From contig CAVNZM010000001.1 in NCBI GenBank assembly GCA_963693365.1, forward strand, positions 17,656,783 to 17,720,782: DNA of 64,000 bases, in the 5' to 3' direction. The notes beneath the pieces were generated by a model. The model did no database searches. It was not told the origin of the DNA and saw only the letters and a list, made by a program, of their open reading frames with translations. Of this stretch, positions 1 through 13,172 are shown one piece after another; positions within the stretch are counted from its first letter, which is position 1, and every line of letters starts with the position of its first letter. The DNA is from Amoebidium appalachense. Taxonomy: Eukaryota; Protista; Ichthyosporea. The position numbers were made by a program, and so were the translations under genes.

Positions 1-145
1 TGAAAGAGGTTCTGAAACGATTATAGGCATGTGCCATGACATGGATGGGGGTGTTCCCCGGCCCTTAGGGCCACGGATGGCCTGGTTTAGGGGTGGATGC
101 GCGAAGGATACTATTTATTAGCAGATAATAAAGAGCGACAAAGTC

Positions 146-332
146 ATTATATCCCCTTTTTTTTAACGTTTTTTTAGCTCCAAGAACTTCGACCGTGTCA
201 CGCCAAAAGTTCTATATTTGGCTATCGTATATGATAATGAACACGTGTACTTAAAGTAGTTATATAAATATGAGCGGCCCGTTACAAATACAGTGACGAA
301 AAACAGTGACCCACGGGCAGTTTTTCTTTTTA

Positions 333-389
<57 letters not shown>

Positions 390-450
390 ACACACACCAG
401 ACACACACACCACCACCACGGTGACCACCACCACCTGCCACCACCACCAC

Positions 451-486
<36 letters not shown>

Positions 487-801
487 ACAAAAACCACACA
501 CATACGTGCACGTGTACACACACACACACACAGAACACCACCACCACCACCACCAGACCCCATTTCCTCATTTTTTTTAAGCCTTCAGACCACTGGCAGT
601 CCTGTACACTGGAATTAAACAATTAAATTCACCTAGGCTGACATGCATCCACCCCCGCCTTCCCCCCCCCCCCCCCCCCTCCCCCCCCCCCCCCCCCTCC
701 CCCCCAAAATGAAGAAGGGCCCCCGTAAGCCTTGGGGGGGGGGGGGGGAGGGGGAAGGGGGAGCTCTCGAGCCTCCGGGTAGGGAAGTGGGGTCCGGGGA
801 A

Positions 802-840
<39 letters not shown>

Positions 841-969
841 AAGGGTCATATAATGTTGGGCCTAGATATCATAGTATTGGGGCCCCGGGGAAGGGAGGGG
901 GGGGGGGGGGGAAATCCACAGGAAAGACCTTAGGCGCATGTTCTTATTAATAACCCCCTTCGGCATCCC

Positions 970-1002
<33 letters not shown>

Positions 1003-1615
1003 ACCCCCCTGAGTGCAGCCGTGACGTAGCTACGTCCTGCCGAAGCCAACAAAAAAATTTAAATTACTAGCACTGTACATGTGTTCCGTGACAGTGCAGC
1101 TTGAACAACATATGATCTCAGCAACATTAAAATAGTCACAAAGTTTAGTTATTTTCATTATTTTTAATGCTCTGACTCTATTACTCTGAAACGGGCCGTG
1201 CAGGTGCCGCAAGATAACAACCCCGTATGTGTGCAGCTGTAGCCTGCACGTTAGACTCGCTGAAAAGACGATTGTCAGTGTGCATCCGGCGCTTGCAGCT
1301 GCAGCTAGCCTCTGCAACATTAATACTTGTCAAGTGTATGCTCTTACACTTGATCATCATTCACTCAAAAAACCGAGGACCGACAGATTAAATATTAATG
1401 TCGATCCGAATTCAGCAAGTGTCTACCGTGTACTACTATATAGTATACACACTTTAAAAAGCGAAGCTATAAGTTACAAGGCACACCGGCTGCACTGGCA
1501 CACATACACATACACACCGGCAGATGCTGTCAAAATTTACTTTCCTGTACTTCCTCGGTCCGACACAGGTACACATGAACACGTACATATGTACAAGCCG
1601 CGCACACACCACACT

Positions 1616-1648
<33 letters not shown>

Positions 1649-1730
1649 CGCACACACGCACACACGCACACACACTAGGCGCACACACGCGCACACACGC
1701 ACACACACACGCACACACACACGCACACGC

Positions 1731-1772
<42 letters not shown>

Positions 1773-3796
1773 ACACACACACACATCACTGGGTGCGCTT
1801 GCAGGGGATTAGTTTTTTGGCACACTGTTTGTTGACTTTATCGTGTCAGTGTTTATTACTTGCTATTTATTGGCCTGCGGGCAACATTTATAACTATACC
1901 TAAAAATAAATACTGACTGCGGCCAGCAGACATTATACACCTTCCAGGACACATTAACACCAGTAGTCTAACACACCATACTCTCGATCACAAAGAACTT
2001 ACTAACAAACAGAGAAAAGTGTAATGGCTCTGTACTATTACTCAGATCTTAAATTTCAATTCTTAACAGTAAACCTCGGAATGAAAGCTAGCCCCCCCCC
2101 CCCCCCCCCCCCCCCCTAACATGGCTGTAAGAAGAACAGGTATAACTTGAAGCGCTACAACACATATGAGATCCGTTACATTGGTGTACATTCCAATATT
2201 AGACACTAGTTTGGCAACTCTGACTACTCTGAGATCCTGATTGGCTGCCTCCAGACTTGCGGCCACGATTACTTTGCTTTCGATCGTGCCATTGAGCTGG
2301 GCCTCTCCAGCAGGTGGCAACGGCAGGCCCAGCACAGCAGATGCACGAGAAGGGGGTCGGAACTGCCCACCAGCCGAGGGCTGGCCCACATGGCCCAAGT
2401 AAGGATGGGGACCGTGCTGCGGCAGTAGCCCAGGCATGGGGAAGGCAGGGCCGGGCTGAGGCGGCATGATGCCCCATGGTGGGGGCCAGCCATGTGGGTG
2501 GTGCGGGCCTGGATGGGGTGCAGGGGGCATATGCGGCACATGGCCCTCAGTGCTGCTGTATGTCAAGCGGGGGTGCTGGCGGCATGTGGCATTCTGATTG
2601 GCTGCAACCCTACGTGGGCAGCTATTGGCCCAATTGGAGCCTGGGCAGCCCTTGCCCTGGCGGCCACACGTCTTGCAGGTCTTGGGGGCTCTCTGGGGAG
2701 GCTGCATAGGAGGGGGCATCGGCAAATCCATCTGCAGGGGCCCCTCAGGCCCAATGTCGCGATGCTTCTTGCCCACACGCATGGGCAAGGGCCGCTCACG
2801 CTGCGCCTCCGCATCGACACTGTCTGGAACAGAGAGGGGTGGCAGGGGGGCAAACCGTATGGTTGCTGGCACGGCAGCGTCTGCCCTCTCCTCGCGCATA
2901 CGCTTGCGGTGATCTACCAGGCCCTCGTGTGTGGAGCGCTGTGCATGTGCCGTCTGCCAGGTCTTCCACTTGTCGAAATGCTTCTTGATGTAGGCCGCAT
3001 CCTTCATGTAGATGCCCCCAGCCACAGAGGCAGCCTTGTTGAAGTCGTGGGCCAAAGCCTCGAACAGCTGGCCATTGGGCTTTGCATGTGCCTTGTAGGT
3101 GCCCAGGAGCAGCGTGCTGAATAGCTTGCGCTCCTGAGGGGTAAGCACCGGAAGGAAGGGGATGGCCACATGTTGCTTCTGCGCCAGGAACTTGTAGTCG
3201 CCCCTCAGTGCAGGGTCAGGCTGTGGTGCACCACGCGCCACCTGGTTGCCCCCCCCCATGGCAGCACTGTGACCCTCCTCGACCTCACAGTCCTCTGGCC
3301 CGCCCATCACGCCATTGGCTGCAGGCTCATTGTTATCAGCAGGAGGTGGGGGTGCGGGCACCGCAACTGGCTCCTGTGCCGGGGCATTGGCCACACAGGA
3401 GAGGGGGCAAAGTTGAAGTACTCATCCGGCAGCTTGTAGCAGCCCACGGGTACCCACTGGGGGTCGAGGTGATGGCCGTACAGCATCAGGGCCAGTGCCT
3501 CCATGTCGTGCCGCCCCCTCCACTTCGTTGGTGCCCCGGATGCAGCGGTAGCGCATGAGCCCATCTGCGTCGGCAGTGGTCTCGTAGTAGAGGGGCAGGC
3601 TGGGGGGGTCCGACAGACAGCCATTTTGGGCGTGCTCGAGCAGCGACTGTGGGGGCACAAGCAAACATCAGAGAGATGGGTGGGTGGTGGTGGTGGTAGT
3701 GTGGGGGGGGAGGGGGGGGGGGATGGGGTTGCTAAGGACAAAAGGGAGCAGGGAAAGGCAAAAAAACAACTGGCTAGGCAGCAAGGGCCGTGCGGG

Positions 3797-3850
<54 letters not shown>

Positions 3851-4435
3851 GTTTCTGTGTGTGTGTGTGTGTGTGTGTATGTTTGGGGGAGGGGGGGGGG
3901 GGGGGGGGGGGGAGGCGAGGGTGTGCGTGTGTGTGCAGATGAACCAAGGATGACAAATGAGTGAAGAATCTTTTCTGTGGTGGTCGCCTGCCAGGGGGGG
4001 GGGGGATGTTGCCTCGCGTCTTTCAAAGCCATCCTTCTTGAACAGAGGCTTGCCATCCGGTCCGGGCGGCACATCCTTGTAGGTGTTTTTAAACTCCACC
4101 AACCGCGAGACCAGGGTGTATGGGTCGGGAATGACCCGCCGGATGTGCTCCATGAAGTAACTCATGTCGCCGCCCTTGAGCTCGGTTTCAATGTCGATGC
4201 CCTTTTGCTCCAGCACCCCCTGTGAGGCAGGATGCCACTACTACGCACACTCCAATTTGGGTTTGGTAGGCTTTGATAGCTGCCGTTATTGTAGGACCCC
4301 TCCCCTCCACCCCCCCCATCTTCTCCCCCAACACAACCCTGCATTATTTCTCTCTAGGCATATGAATAACCCACACTCTCCTCCAGGACCTCCCCCCCCC
4401 CCCCCCCCCCCTCTCTCAGGCACTCTCTCTTCTCT
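146..4435 (-). repeat. Left arm of large inverted repeat
   Basis: Similarity to the right arm fades at ~146 (attatatcccctttt vs aaaagggggaaataat) and ~4435 (ctctctcaggcactctctcttc vs gaagagagagagcctgag). Boundaries are approximate. Confidence 0.9.
2199..4219 (-). pseudogene. 3' exons of the transposase, frameshifted; exons 4219-4013 and 3646-2199
   Basis: Spliced (GC donor at 4012) it reads GVLEQKGID...IRRVIPDP...PLFKKDGFERRE|SLLEHAQNGCLSDPPSLPLYY...GLMRYRCIRGTNEVEG (candidate catalytic E), then YKFLAQKQ...LPVLTPQERKLF and the Cys cluster RAPKTCKTCG...CPG...C. Frameshifts near 3515, 3400, 2585/2550 (compensating) and 2295. Confidence 0.8.
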
Positions 4436-4592
4436 CTCTATTCTATTCGTTGTTCAATATGGATTAATGGGTTTAGATTGGTGCACCTAACACCAGCCCC
4501 TGTGGCCCCCCCCCCCCCCCCCCCTCTCCCTACACCCCAAACAAACACACACACAAATATGCACACATGCGCACACCCACACACACCCACAC

Positions 4593-4663
<71 letters not shown>

Positions 4664-4676
4664 TCTGAGAGATAGG

Positions 4677-4750
<74 letters not shown>

Positions 4751-5245
4751 GCGAGAGGGAGGGTGGGTGGGAGGGTGGGAGGGTGGGAGGGTGGGAGGGT
4801 GGGAGGGAGAGAGGGGGGGGGGGGGGGGGGGGGGGGCATTTTGTATCACTTTGAAACCACTCCCCCTTCTCCCCCCTCCCCACCGTGAGACCACCTAAGC
4901 ACATTATGCAGATTATCAGCCCTCCCCCCTAAATTCGGCCCCCATCCCCTCGGCATCCATCTCCTTTTGTTTTGAACCTTTTTTAATAAAATTTATTGAA
5001 GGTCTTATTCAGCACCGCTGAATGGTGGTAGGTACCAGCCCCCCTACGTTCTAAACTGAGCCCGTTAGACAGACATGGCAGAACGATGGGTCTCTAAACA
5101 GCACAATAATATACATAGTATACAAGCAGCAGCCCCACGTGCACCTGTAACTTTCAGCAGCAGCCCCCAGAGTTACAGAGCAAGTAAGGGGGATCAAGGG
5201 TACAGAAAAACGGTGTTGGGTTCGGTATTGAGTGGTGCATGTGTT

Positions 5246-5405
5246 GGTGTGGTCAGGGGTTGTTGGTTTTGACCTGGCAATGGCACATGCGTGTGGTCGG
5301 TTGGTTGCTTGTTGGTGATGACCGGGTTGAGCATACGATCGGGTGTGGTCAGGGTGGTGTTAGAGTTGCTACCCAGGGTGGCGTATGTGTGGGTGTGGTC
5401 GGTTA
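5246..5405. repeat. Degenerate direct repeat with four GTGTGGTC(A/G)G motifs
   Basis: Motif at ~5247, 5291, 5343 and 5393, forming two ~95-bp-spaced units (ggtgtggtcaggg...gtgtggtcggtt). Confidence 0.6.
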
Positions 5406-5541
5406 ATGGACGGCTATACCGTACCCAAATACCCCAACCCAAACCTAGATTTTAAATCCAGATGTCACGCATGCGGCATGACCGCCACTTCGCATCACGC
5501 CTATAAAGAAATAAAAAATTTCACACTGTCATGATAAAACA

Positions 5542-6171
5542 TTCCTTGGATGCCACCCTCTAATGCATACATACGGTGTTTTCGCGGCGTTATTTGGCTT
5601 GAAGGTGGCTACTGCGGAAAACTAGCTAGAGCCCACTACCCGTGAGTCGTTCTACGGTGGGAAGCAAGTAAAGTTTCCACGTGGTTTTCAGTTTGGGAGG
5701 GATGTTTTCACGTTGGGGAAGGCGCTGCCAAATTCCTGAGTATAAAATGGCTGTGTTTGATTGGTTAAACCAATGAGCATGTGCATATCTGGGGCTTGTG
5801 ATTAGTTGTGCGGCCTCGCGCACGGGCCGCTTTGGCCGATTTCCAGTAAAAGTGATGTGACCGACACATCCACGTGCAGCCCTCCCCCTGTGAAAGCACC
5901 CACCCACCGTGCAGAGTGCCGCAAGTCCTTCATCGACCACACAGCTCGCTGGCGTCCAACGAACGGAATCACTGCAAACAGGCGGGGGGCACGGCGGCGT
6001 AAAATTCTTATGCGGATGGGGATGTGCCTAAACTATAGTACTATGCTGGTGGTGGTGGTGGGTGGGTGGGTGGGTGGTGGTGGTGGTGGTGGTGGGGGAG
6101 GGGGGGGGGGGGGAGGGGGGGGGGGGGGGGGGGGGGGGGGATGTATGCATTAGAAGGTGGCATCCAAGGAA
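5542..6171. mobile_element. Putative non-autonomous element bounded by 31-bp inverted repeats
   Basis: 5542-5572 ttccttggatgccaccctctaatgcatacat vs 6141-6171 atgtatgcattagaaggtggcatccaaggaa (30/31 complementary). No TSD seen. Confidence 0.5.
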
Positions 6172-8158
6172 GCCAAATAGTGCACCGAAAAAGGTGGGGT
6201 CAAAGTTCGGGGAGATAAGTTACCGGGTACAGAGTTCGAAGTATATGACGGACAACACAGAGCAATTACACAACTTGCCAAGCATACACAGAACTGATTT
6301 CAGGCCGGGCGGGCAGGGGAGGAGGCGGGCCGGTCGGGGGCGAGGAACACCGGGGGGGGGGGGGGGGGGGGGAGGGGGGGGGGGGGTAGAAAATGTGGTG
6401 AACATAAACAAACTGACAATGGCTTATTTCGGAAAGGGAGGGTTCGCGGGGGGAGGGAGGGGGGGGGGCGGAGGGGGGGGAGTAGAGGGTGGAAACCATG
6501 GAAACACAGACTCTGGCTACCCCAAAGTTCAAACCATTCAAGACCAAAAAAGAGTGAGAGGGAGAGGGGAAAGGGAGGGGGAAGAGAGAATTGGGCTGGA
6601 AGAAAGCGGGAGACGGCAAGGGAGTGGCGGGGAGGGGGGGGGGGGGGGGGGGGGGGGGTGAGGGGCAAGAGAGAGAGGATGAGAGAGAGAGAGAGAGAGA
6701 GAGACTGAGAGATAGAGAGAGAATGAGAGAGAGAGAGAGTTCGTGTGTGTGTGTGTTTGTGTGTGTGTGCGAAGAAGAGAGGGATAGGGAGAAGAAAAGA
6801 GAGAGAGGGAGAGAAATCAACTATTATAGATGTGCTGCTGCAGTAGGGGGGGGGGGGGGGGGAGACGAGTGCTTGAATGATGCAATCAGACCTCATGGTG
6901 GAATGGTAATTTTTAAAGGAAGGCACGCGCAAAAGTCCATAGGGGGCTCGTGCCATGGCAGAGGCGTTCTACTTTTCCAAACTCTCGGTTGTGGCGCACT
7001 TTTTAATCTGCAAACTTTGTGCATGGTGGGAACGTTGGTGTATTCAGAAACAGACATTTGCTCTGGGTTGGAACCCAAGATCTTAGACCAAAACCTTGCA
7101 CGCTGAAAAATTCGGGCGTACACGTGGCTAGCACACATCGTTCCACTACAAAGCCTGTGCAGCAGGCGGCGGCAGTAGTGCATAGCAGCTGGGTCACAAC
7201 TCTGATGGTTCCTGCCACGCTGTGCGACAAACCGAGTTGGCCCAAAATTGTAACGCGCTGCGTGCCATGGCCGTGGTCTGGGCAATTTTCTAAAGACTTG
7301 ACTTTTTGAGGAGGGCATCACCGTGGTCATTCTCGTCGGCACTGCATTAAATGTTAGTAGTAGTACCCAAGTGTAATTGCGTACGGTACGTACAAGAATC
7401 ATACGAGCAGCTGTACTACTGCACATACATGGCATACAAGCAACAGTCTGCTAGTACTAAAAAAAAACAACACGAAGAGGAGAGGAAGAGAGAGAGAATT
7501 ACTAGGTTTTGTTTGCAGAATTGTGTCACAGTGCGTCACGTGGCCGCGTGGGCAGGTATTGGAAACAGAGTTGAGCGGCTAAATGTATTCACCTGCGTTG
7601 AGAGGAAAGTCAATAATGATCATCCGATGGCAGTGTTGCATAGTGTGAAGGGAAGTGGAGAGGTGGGTAAGAAGGACTGCAGAGGAGCTGGCAAGTACGG
7701 CTTTTTATTAGAACAAATGGAAACACAGGTTGCAATCATTGTGACATACACGGGTCAAAAAGCTACGAGAACCAGCGTGGACACGCGAGGGCCGTCAAGA
7801 AACCTCAAAACGAATTACCATGCCATGGAGGACCATTCAGCGGCCAGTAAACCATTCAGGCTGAGGAAGCGCCCCAACTATCTTTACAGGTTGTCTGCTA
7901 TGTAAGGATCGGCCAGTGGTGCAAACATAATGAACGCAAGATTTTGTGTATATGTGGATGCTTGCATGCAATGTGGTGGAGGCCACTGGCCTTGCTGTTG
8001 AACGGTCAAGCGTTGTGAGGGCGTTCAACCTTGACTCAAAGCGGCGTTCATAAGTCTGCATGCTGTCAGCCTTGTGTCAGAACGCGCATCAATGTTGAGT
8101 CAACACTGAGGCTGTCAAGTCTGTTGATGCGTCATATGTAGATGGGGGTTTACGCTCG

Positions 8159-8317
8159 CAGGTATGGGGGGTTTTTGCTCGGAATATCCCCTCAGCGGTA
8201 TATCATGATCACTACGGTACACAGATGTCGGGTGATGACTATATATCAGGGTTTACTTTCTCTACGAGACACCATAAAGACTAAGAAAAATCAATTAGTT
8301 GGGGTTCCCCGTTTTTC

Positions 8318-8320
<3 letters not shown>
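8159..8320 (+). repeat. Dispersed ~160-bp repeat, copy 1, followed by (TA)n at ~8322-8390
   Basis: Starts CAGGTATGGGGGGTTTT; closely matches the reverse complement of 59815-59973. Confidence 0.85.
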
Positions 8321-8390
<70 letters not shown>

Positions 8391-8823
8391 GTAGATATCT
8401 GATCACGGCGCATGCTTCAATAATTTTCAAAATAAGTGATGCAGTCTTGACCAATAACATTAGTGCAGCATAGTGATTGCGACACCGAGGGCCTTTCGGG
8501 GCTTCGGGGGGGGGGGGTGCGGCATGCCAGGAGCTACTACTAGAGAGAAGGGGGGGTATGATTGGAGGGGGGGTGTTCAGCTAACCTTATATGGATAAAG
8601 CAAAGTTACAAGGATTCAAGCCATTGGTTGGGCAAGACCCCTTTTGCCGAATATGGATAACAGATCATACACTGCTGTCCCGGGCCAATTGGCGCGCTCT
8701 TTACTGGTCACAACCAGTCCGGGAAGGCCATGAGCAGCATTGCCGAGCACACTGGAATACGGGAATGTTTGCGGTAACGTAGTCGCACTAGGGGGGCAGG
8801 GGGCCAGGCCCCAAGTGTTTAAA

Positions 8824-10212
8824 ATGAAGCCAGGCTGCCCTAAGGGCACAACACAGCGCCCTGGGCATAAAACAGGCGGAGCTAGGGAGGGAGCTGGGCG
8901 CAAAAAAAAAGATGCTGCATTTGTTCAGCCTTTAGCGAACTTTGCAGGTTTTGGGACGGCAAACAAAGCTGTTTTGCAGGAACTAAACGTAAACGTACAA
9001 CCCGAACAGCCCCCTCTATCTAAGGCCGCCGACATAAGGGCCCGTGTAGTTGAGGCAGGTAGCGTCCATTCGTTACCAAGAGAAATGGATCGGGCCCCTG
9101 CTCCACACCCACCAGACATACAGGTGCAACCCGACGAGGAACCTTTGCTAAATGCAGCAGCAGATGCGTACCGGGTAGACGAGGATGAAGGGGAGGAAGA
9201 GGGAGAAGATAATACGGACGGGGATGACGGTGGAGAGGAGTTTTCTGACGCGGCGGGCGAAACAATCAAGTCGCACCTGCACACAGTGAAAGAGAGTCTC
9301 AAAGATGAGAAGACGCCTGTGGGGTGGCATCTTCCACCTCCCATTATAGGCTTTAAATTTGGGGGCGATCCAGCGCCTTTCTACAAACCCAGATGTTTTG
9401 CCTGGCTTCCGGAAAGGTTGTCTCCCGGTTTCATGGTGCCGTGCCCCTTCGATGATCACTACGTGGACCCCCACAACCACCCCAACCCACACCGTACTTC
9501 TCGCAATGGGTTCATGAGCAACCCCGTAGGACGGCGTGTTATCGACTTTGACAGCTGCTACTACATTATCACGGCCCGGTACTTTTGTGACACATGCAAA
9601 AAAAACTTTGCCGGCACAAACCCCCAGACAATTAAACGCCTTCCACTCTTCATGCGTGATCAGTTTCCGGCCTACCTTAGCCACCGCAGTGGGCTCGACC
9701 TAAAGGTGGTAACATTGTTGCGTGCACTGGCAGACAAAGGTGTGGGCCCAAACGCCTTTGCCACCCTCCTCTCGGAGCTCCACAAGCAGCGATACGACGA
9801 GCAGCGGCTCCTGTATTACTCGAGGGCGCTGCATTGGACCAAGTATGAACTCAAAAAGCGTAACGATTTCCGCCCCCACGACCAGCGCCTGACAGAACTT
9901 CCCCCAGAGGAGCAGGCGGCTAAGTTCTCGGCGTTTGGTGACAAAAATGGTTACGCTGGACATGTGCCTTCAGGCAAGTGTGCACTGCATTTTGGGTGTG
10001 TAAATGGTCCCCATTGTTTTGTATGCACGTGCTTGGGCATTTTTTGGGTTGGCTTGGTAGGGTTTTGTTTTATTATTTTTTATTTTTTTTTTAGGGGGGG
10101 GGGGGGACTTGGAAATGGGTTTTGGAAGTGTGGTCAATAAGTTTCTATTATGGTGGTGGTGGATGTGTGGTGGTGGATGTGCGCCTGTGAGTGTGCGTGT
10201 ACTTGTGGGTCC

Positions 10213-10261
<49 letters not shown>

Positions 10262-10516
10262 GGGGGAGGGGGGACATGGTGATGGATTAGGTGGTGGTGG
10301 TGGCAATCAGTCATGGTGGTGGTGGTGGTGGTGGTGGTGGTGGGGGGGGGGGGGGGGGGGGGGGGGAGGGCAGAGGGATCATCAGAGGGGTGAAAGCATA
10401 ACGGTCCATGTACCAGTGAGTGTGCTTGGGAAATCGTGGAGAACTGTTATGCCTGAAATTAGATGGTGGGTGTGCGCATGTGTGTCTGTGTGTGTTGGGG
10501 GAAAGGAGGTGGAGAG

Positions 10517-10556
<40 letters not shown>

Positions 10557-10746
10557 GGGCACATGGTGGTAGACTGGATCTTGGTGGCGGTACTTAATGG
10601 TTATTATAGTAGTGGCAGGAGGGTGTGGGGGGAAGGGCAAACGGACGTGCAGGGGACAAACTGCAGATGGGGCACAAAGGGGAAAGAAGGTGAAAGTTGG
10701 TGCAATGACTTGGAGGGTTTGCGCGCGCGCGGGGGGGAGGCGGGGG

Positions 10747-10779
<33 letters not shown>

Positions 10780-11474
10780 AACGGCCGGAGATGGGTGTGT
10801 AGCGTTTTTGAGATGGGAAAAGCCATACAGACTTACGAAAATACAGAGAGGTGAGATGAACACGAGGGACTAGAGGGAATGGGGGGGATGGTCCTGATGG
10901 GAGGGTGGTGGAGTTCTAACAGTACTTGGGGTTCAGGCAAATACCTGAGTGCCGTGTATACTGAGTTCAGCGACCGCACGGCAAAGTACCAGAGCCTGGA
11001 CACGCAGCTCAAGCCCGTAAACAACGTGCTCAAGGCCGACCACACCTTCCAAATTGGGAAGCTCACCGGCATCAATGGGGAGCCTCTGTACCGAGGCCTA
11101 TGGACTTGTGTAAACGAGCTTGGCGGTGTGTGGTCCCTCCTCTTCTCCCCCCTCCCCCCACTCTCCCCCAGGCCCCCTCTCCCCCCTCCCCCCCCCCCAC
11201 ACACGCCCACCCCCCCCCCCCCCCCACACACACACACACACACGCCCCCCCCCTCCCCCCCCTCCCCCCCCTCCCCCCTCTAGGGCCTTTAAATCTCTTA
11301 GGCTCCACATTTAATGAGGTGGCACACTGTGAGTAGAGGTTTGTAGTATGTGGGTTTTGGGGACAATTCTTGCCCTGTCGAGCAAAAACTAGGAAGCTCC
11401 AGATATGTGTGTATGTGTTTTTGCTGGGTAGAGATTGGGGTGGGCTGGGGTGGAGCTTTCTTTTGGCGGGGAAT

Positions 11475-11516
<42 letters not shown>

Positions 11517-13137
11517 AGCTTCTGCCAAGCAGAATGGGAGTAGGGGCCAGTGATTGCAAGGGATGCAGGGGGGGGGGGGGGGGGGGGGGGGGGGGAGAGA
11601 CACCACCGTCGGGGTTGAAGGTAGAGAGGGCAAGAGGCCCGGGGTGGGGTGGGGGGGGGGGGGGGGGGGGGGGACAGTAGGTGCCATATGGAGGGCTGTC
11701 CCATGGTTTGGGGGGAGGGGGAGTGGGGAAGGATCGTGGGCACATGGGTTTGGGGGGAAGGCAGAGAGGGGGAAAGGATTGTGATCACAAGGGTTTAGGG
11801 GGAGGAAGGGGGAAGGATTGTAGGTACATGGGTTTAGGGGGGAGGGGGGGGGGGAAGATTTTGGGGGAAAGGGAGGCCTGGGGAAAGTATGTGGGCACAT
11901 GGGTTTGGGGGGAAGGAGGGGGAAGGGTTTTGGGGGAGAGGGAGGGGAAAGTATGTGGGCACATGGGTTTGGGGGGAGGGAGGGGGAAAGGATTGTGTGG
12001 GCACTGAAGTCTCGTGAAGGGCCATGTGGTAAGGGAAGCTAGAACATGCATGGCTGCTCGGAGATGCCCTCTCACACAGTGCGGCACCCCAGAGATCCGG
12101 GCGCAGGTATTTACACGGGACTGCAGCCACCAGGAGATTGAGCCCGTGATCCAGCGCATCTCTGCCACCACGGCGGCGCTCAACAGCAAGGGCCCGGCCT
12201 TCTTCTACACAGATCGGTGCTGCCAAGACCGGGCGTTTGTTGAGCGCATGTTTCCAACCCTAGCCCGGCCAAAATGCCCCGTCCGTCTGAACGAGGCTGC
12301 GCTGGTAAGCGTGACGGACGGTCTGCCTGGGCTGGAGCTGCCGGCCAACTACCCTAAGCCGGTGTACACCGACTGCCAGGGGGCGGTGGTGGCTACAGCG
12401 GCCATTCGTGCCGACCTGGAGGGGCAGCAGCACCGCGTGGTGGGGCTGGACTGCGAGTGGGTCTATCGGGTGGGCCAGGCGCGGTCCAAGGTTTGCACGC
12501 TGCAGATTGCCACCGCACGGGCCGTGTACATCTTCCACTTGGCACGCATGGGCCCCAACCACAGCCCGCCCGCGCGGCTGGTGGACGAGCTGATTGCGCT
12601 GCTTAGGGACCCCAGCATCATCAAGGTGGGCAAGCAGATCGGCACGGACTCGGCCCACCTCAACAAGGACTACGGCACCCCTGTGGCCAGCTATCTGGAG
12701 CTGGGCCGGTTCTGCTATGCCCGTGCAGCTATCACCTCTGCGGCCCGGGGCTTGGCCGACATCACTGCCCAGGTCATAGGCAAGAAGCTGCCCAAGCCGG
12801 CACTTGTTCGATGCTCCAACTGGCACGAGCCGCTATCAGAGGTGCAGGCCACCTACGCTGCCCTTGATGCATATGCGTCCCTGCAGGTCTACTCGGCCGT
12901 GGTCGATAGGCCAAACCTGTCAGGTGTGTATCCCACCTGCTTTTTGCCCCAGTGCTTATGTGCTTATGCCAGATATAGAAAGATTGTGGGCCCCCCAGAG
13001 GAGAGGGGAGGGGGAGGGGGGGAGGGGGGGGGGGGGGGGGGGGGGTGGCTGACCACATGGGCCAGTGTTCCAGTTGTGTTATGCTGGGTGTCGGGTGGCT
13101 ATCAAAGGAGGGGGTGATTGGTGGTGGTGGTGGTGGT

Positions 13138-13172
<35 letters not shown>

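Noticed and set aside
1320-1455. Three consecutive hairpins in the arm as a possible guide or structured ncRNA
   Set aside because: Differences in the right-arm copy of the first hairpin break pairing rather than covary, and no TnpB/Fanzor or RT gene is nearby.
6894-7325. Transib-like ends (CATGGTG...CACCGTG)
   Set aside because: Match limited to ~7 bp; flanking 5-mers gacct and gtcat are not a TSD.
6893-8061. Non-repetitive ORFs in the spacer (6893..7435 -, 7351..7905 +, 7837..8061 -)
   Set aside because: No recognisable motif or consistent splice model; a decayed accessory gene cannot be excluded without a search.
11790-11840. Telomere-like GGGTTTAGGG
   Set aside because: Isolated variants within a minisatellite, not a tandem telomeric array.
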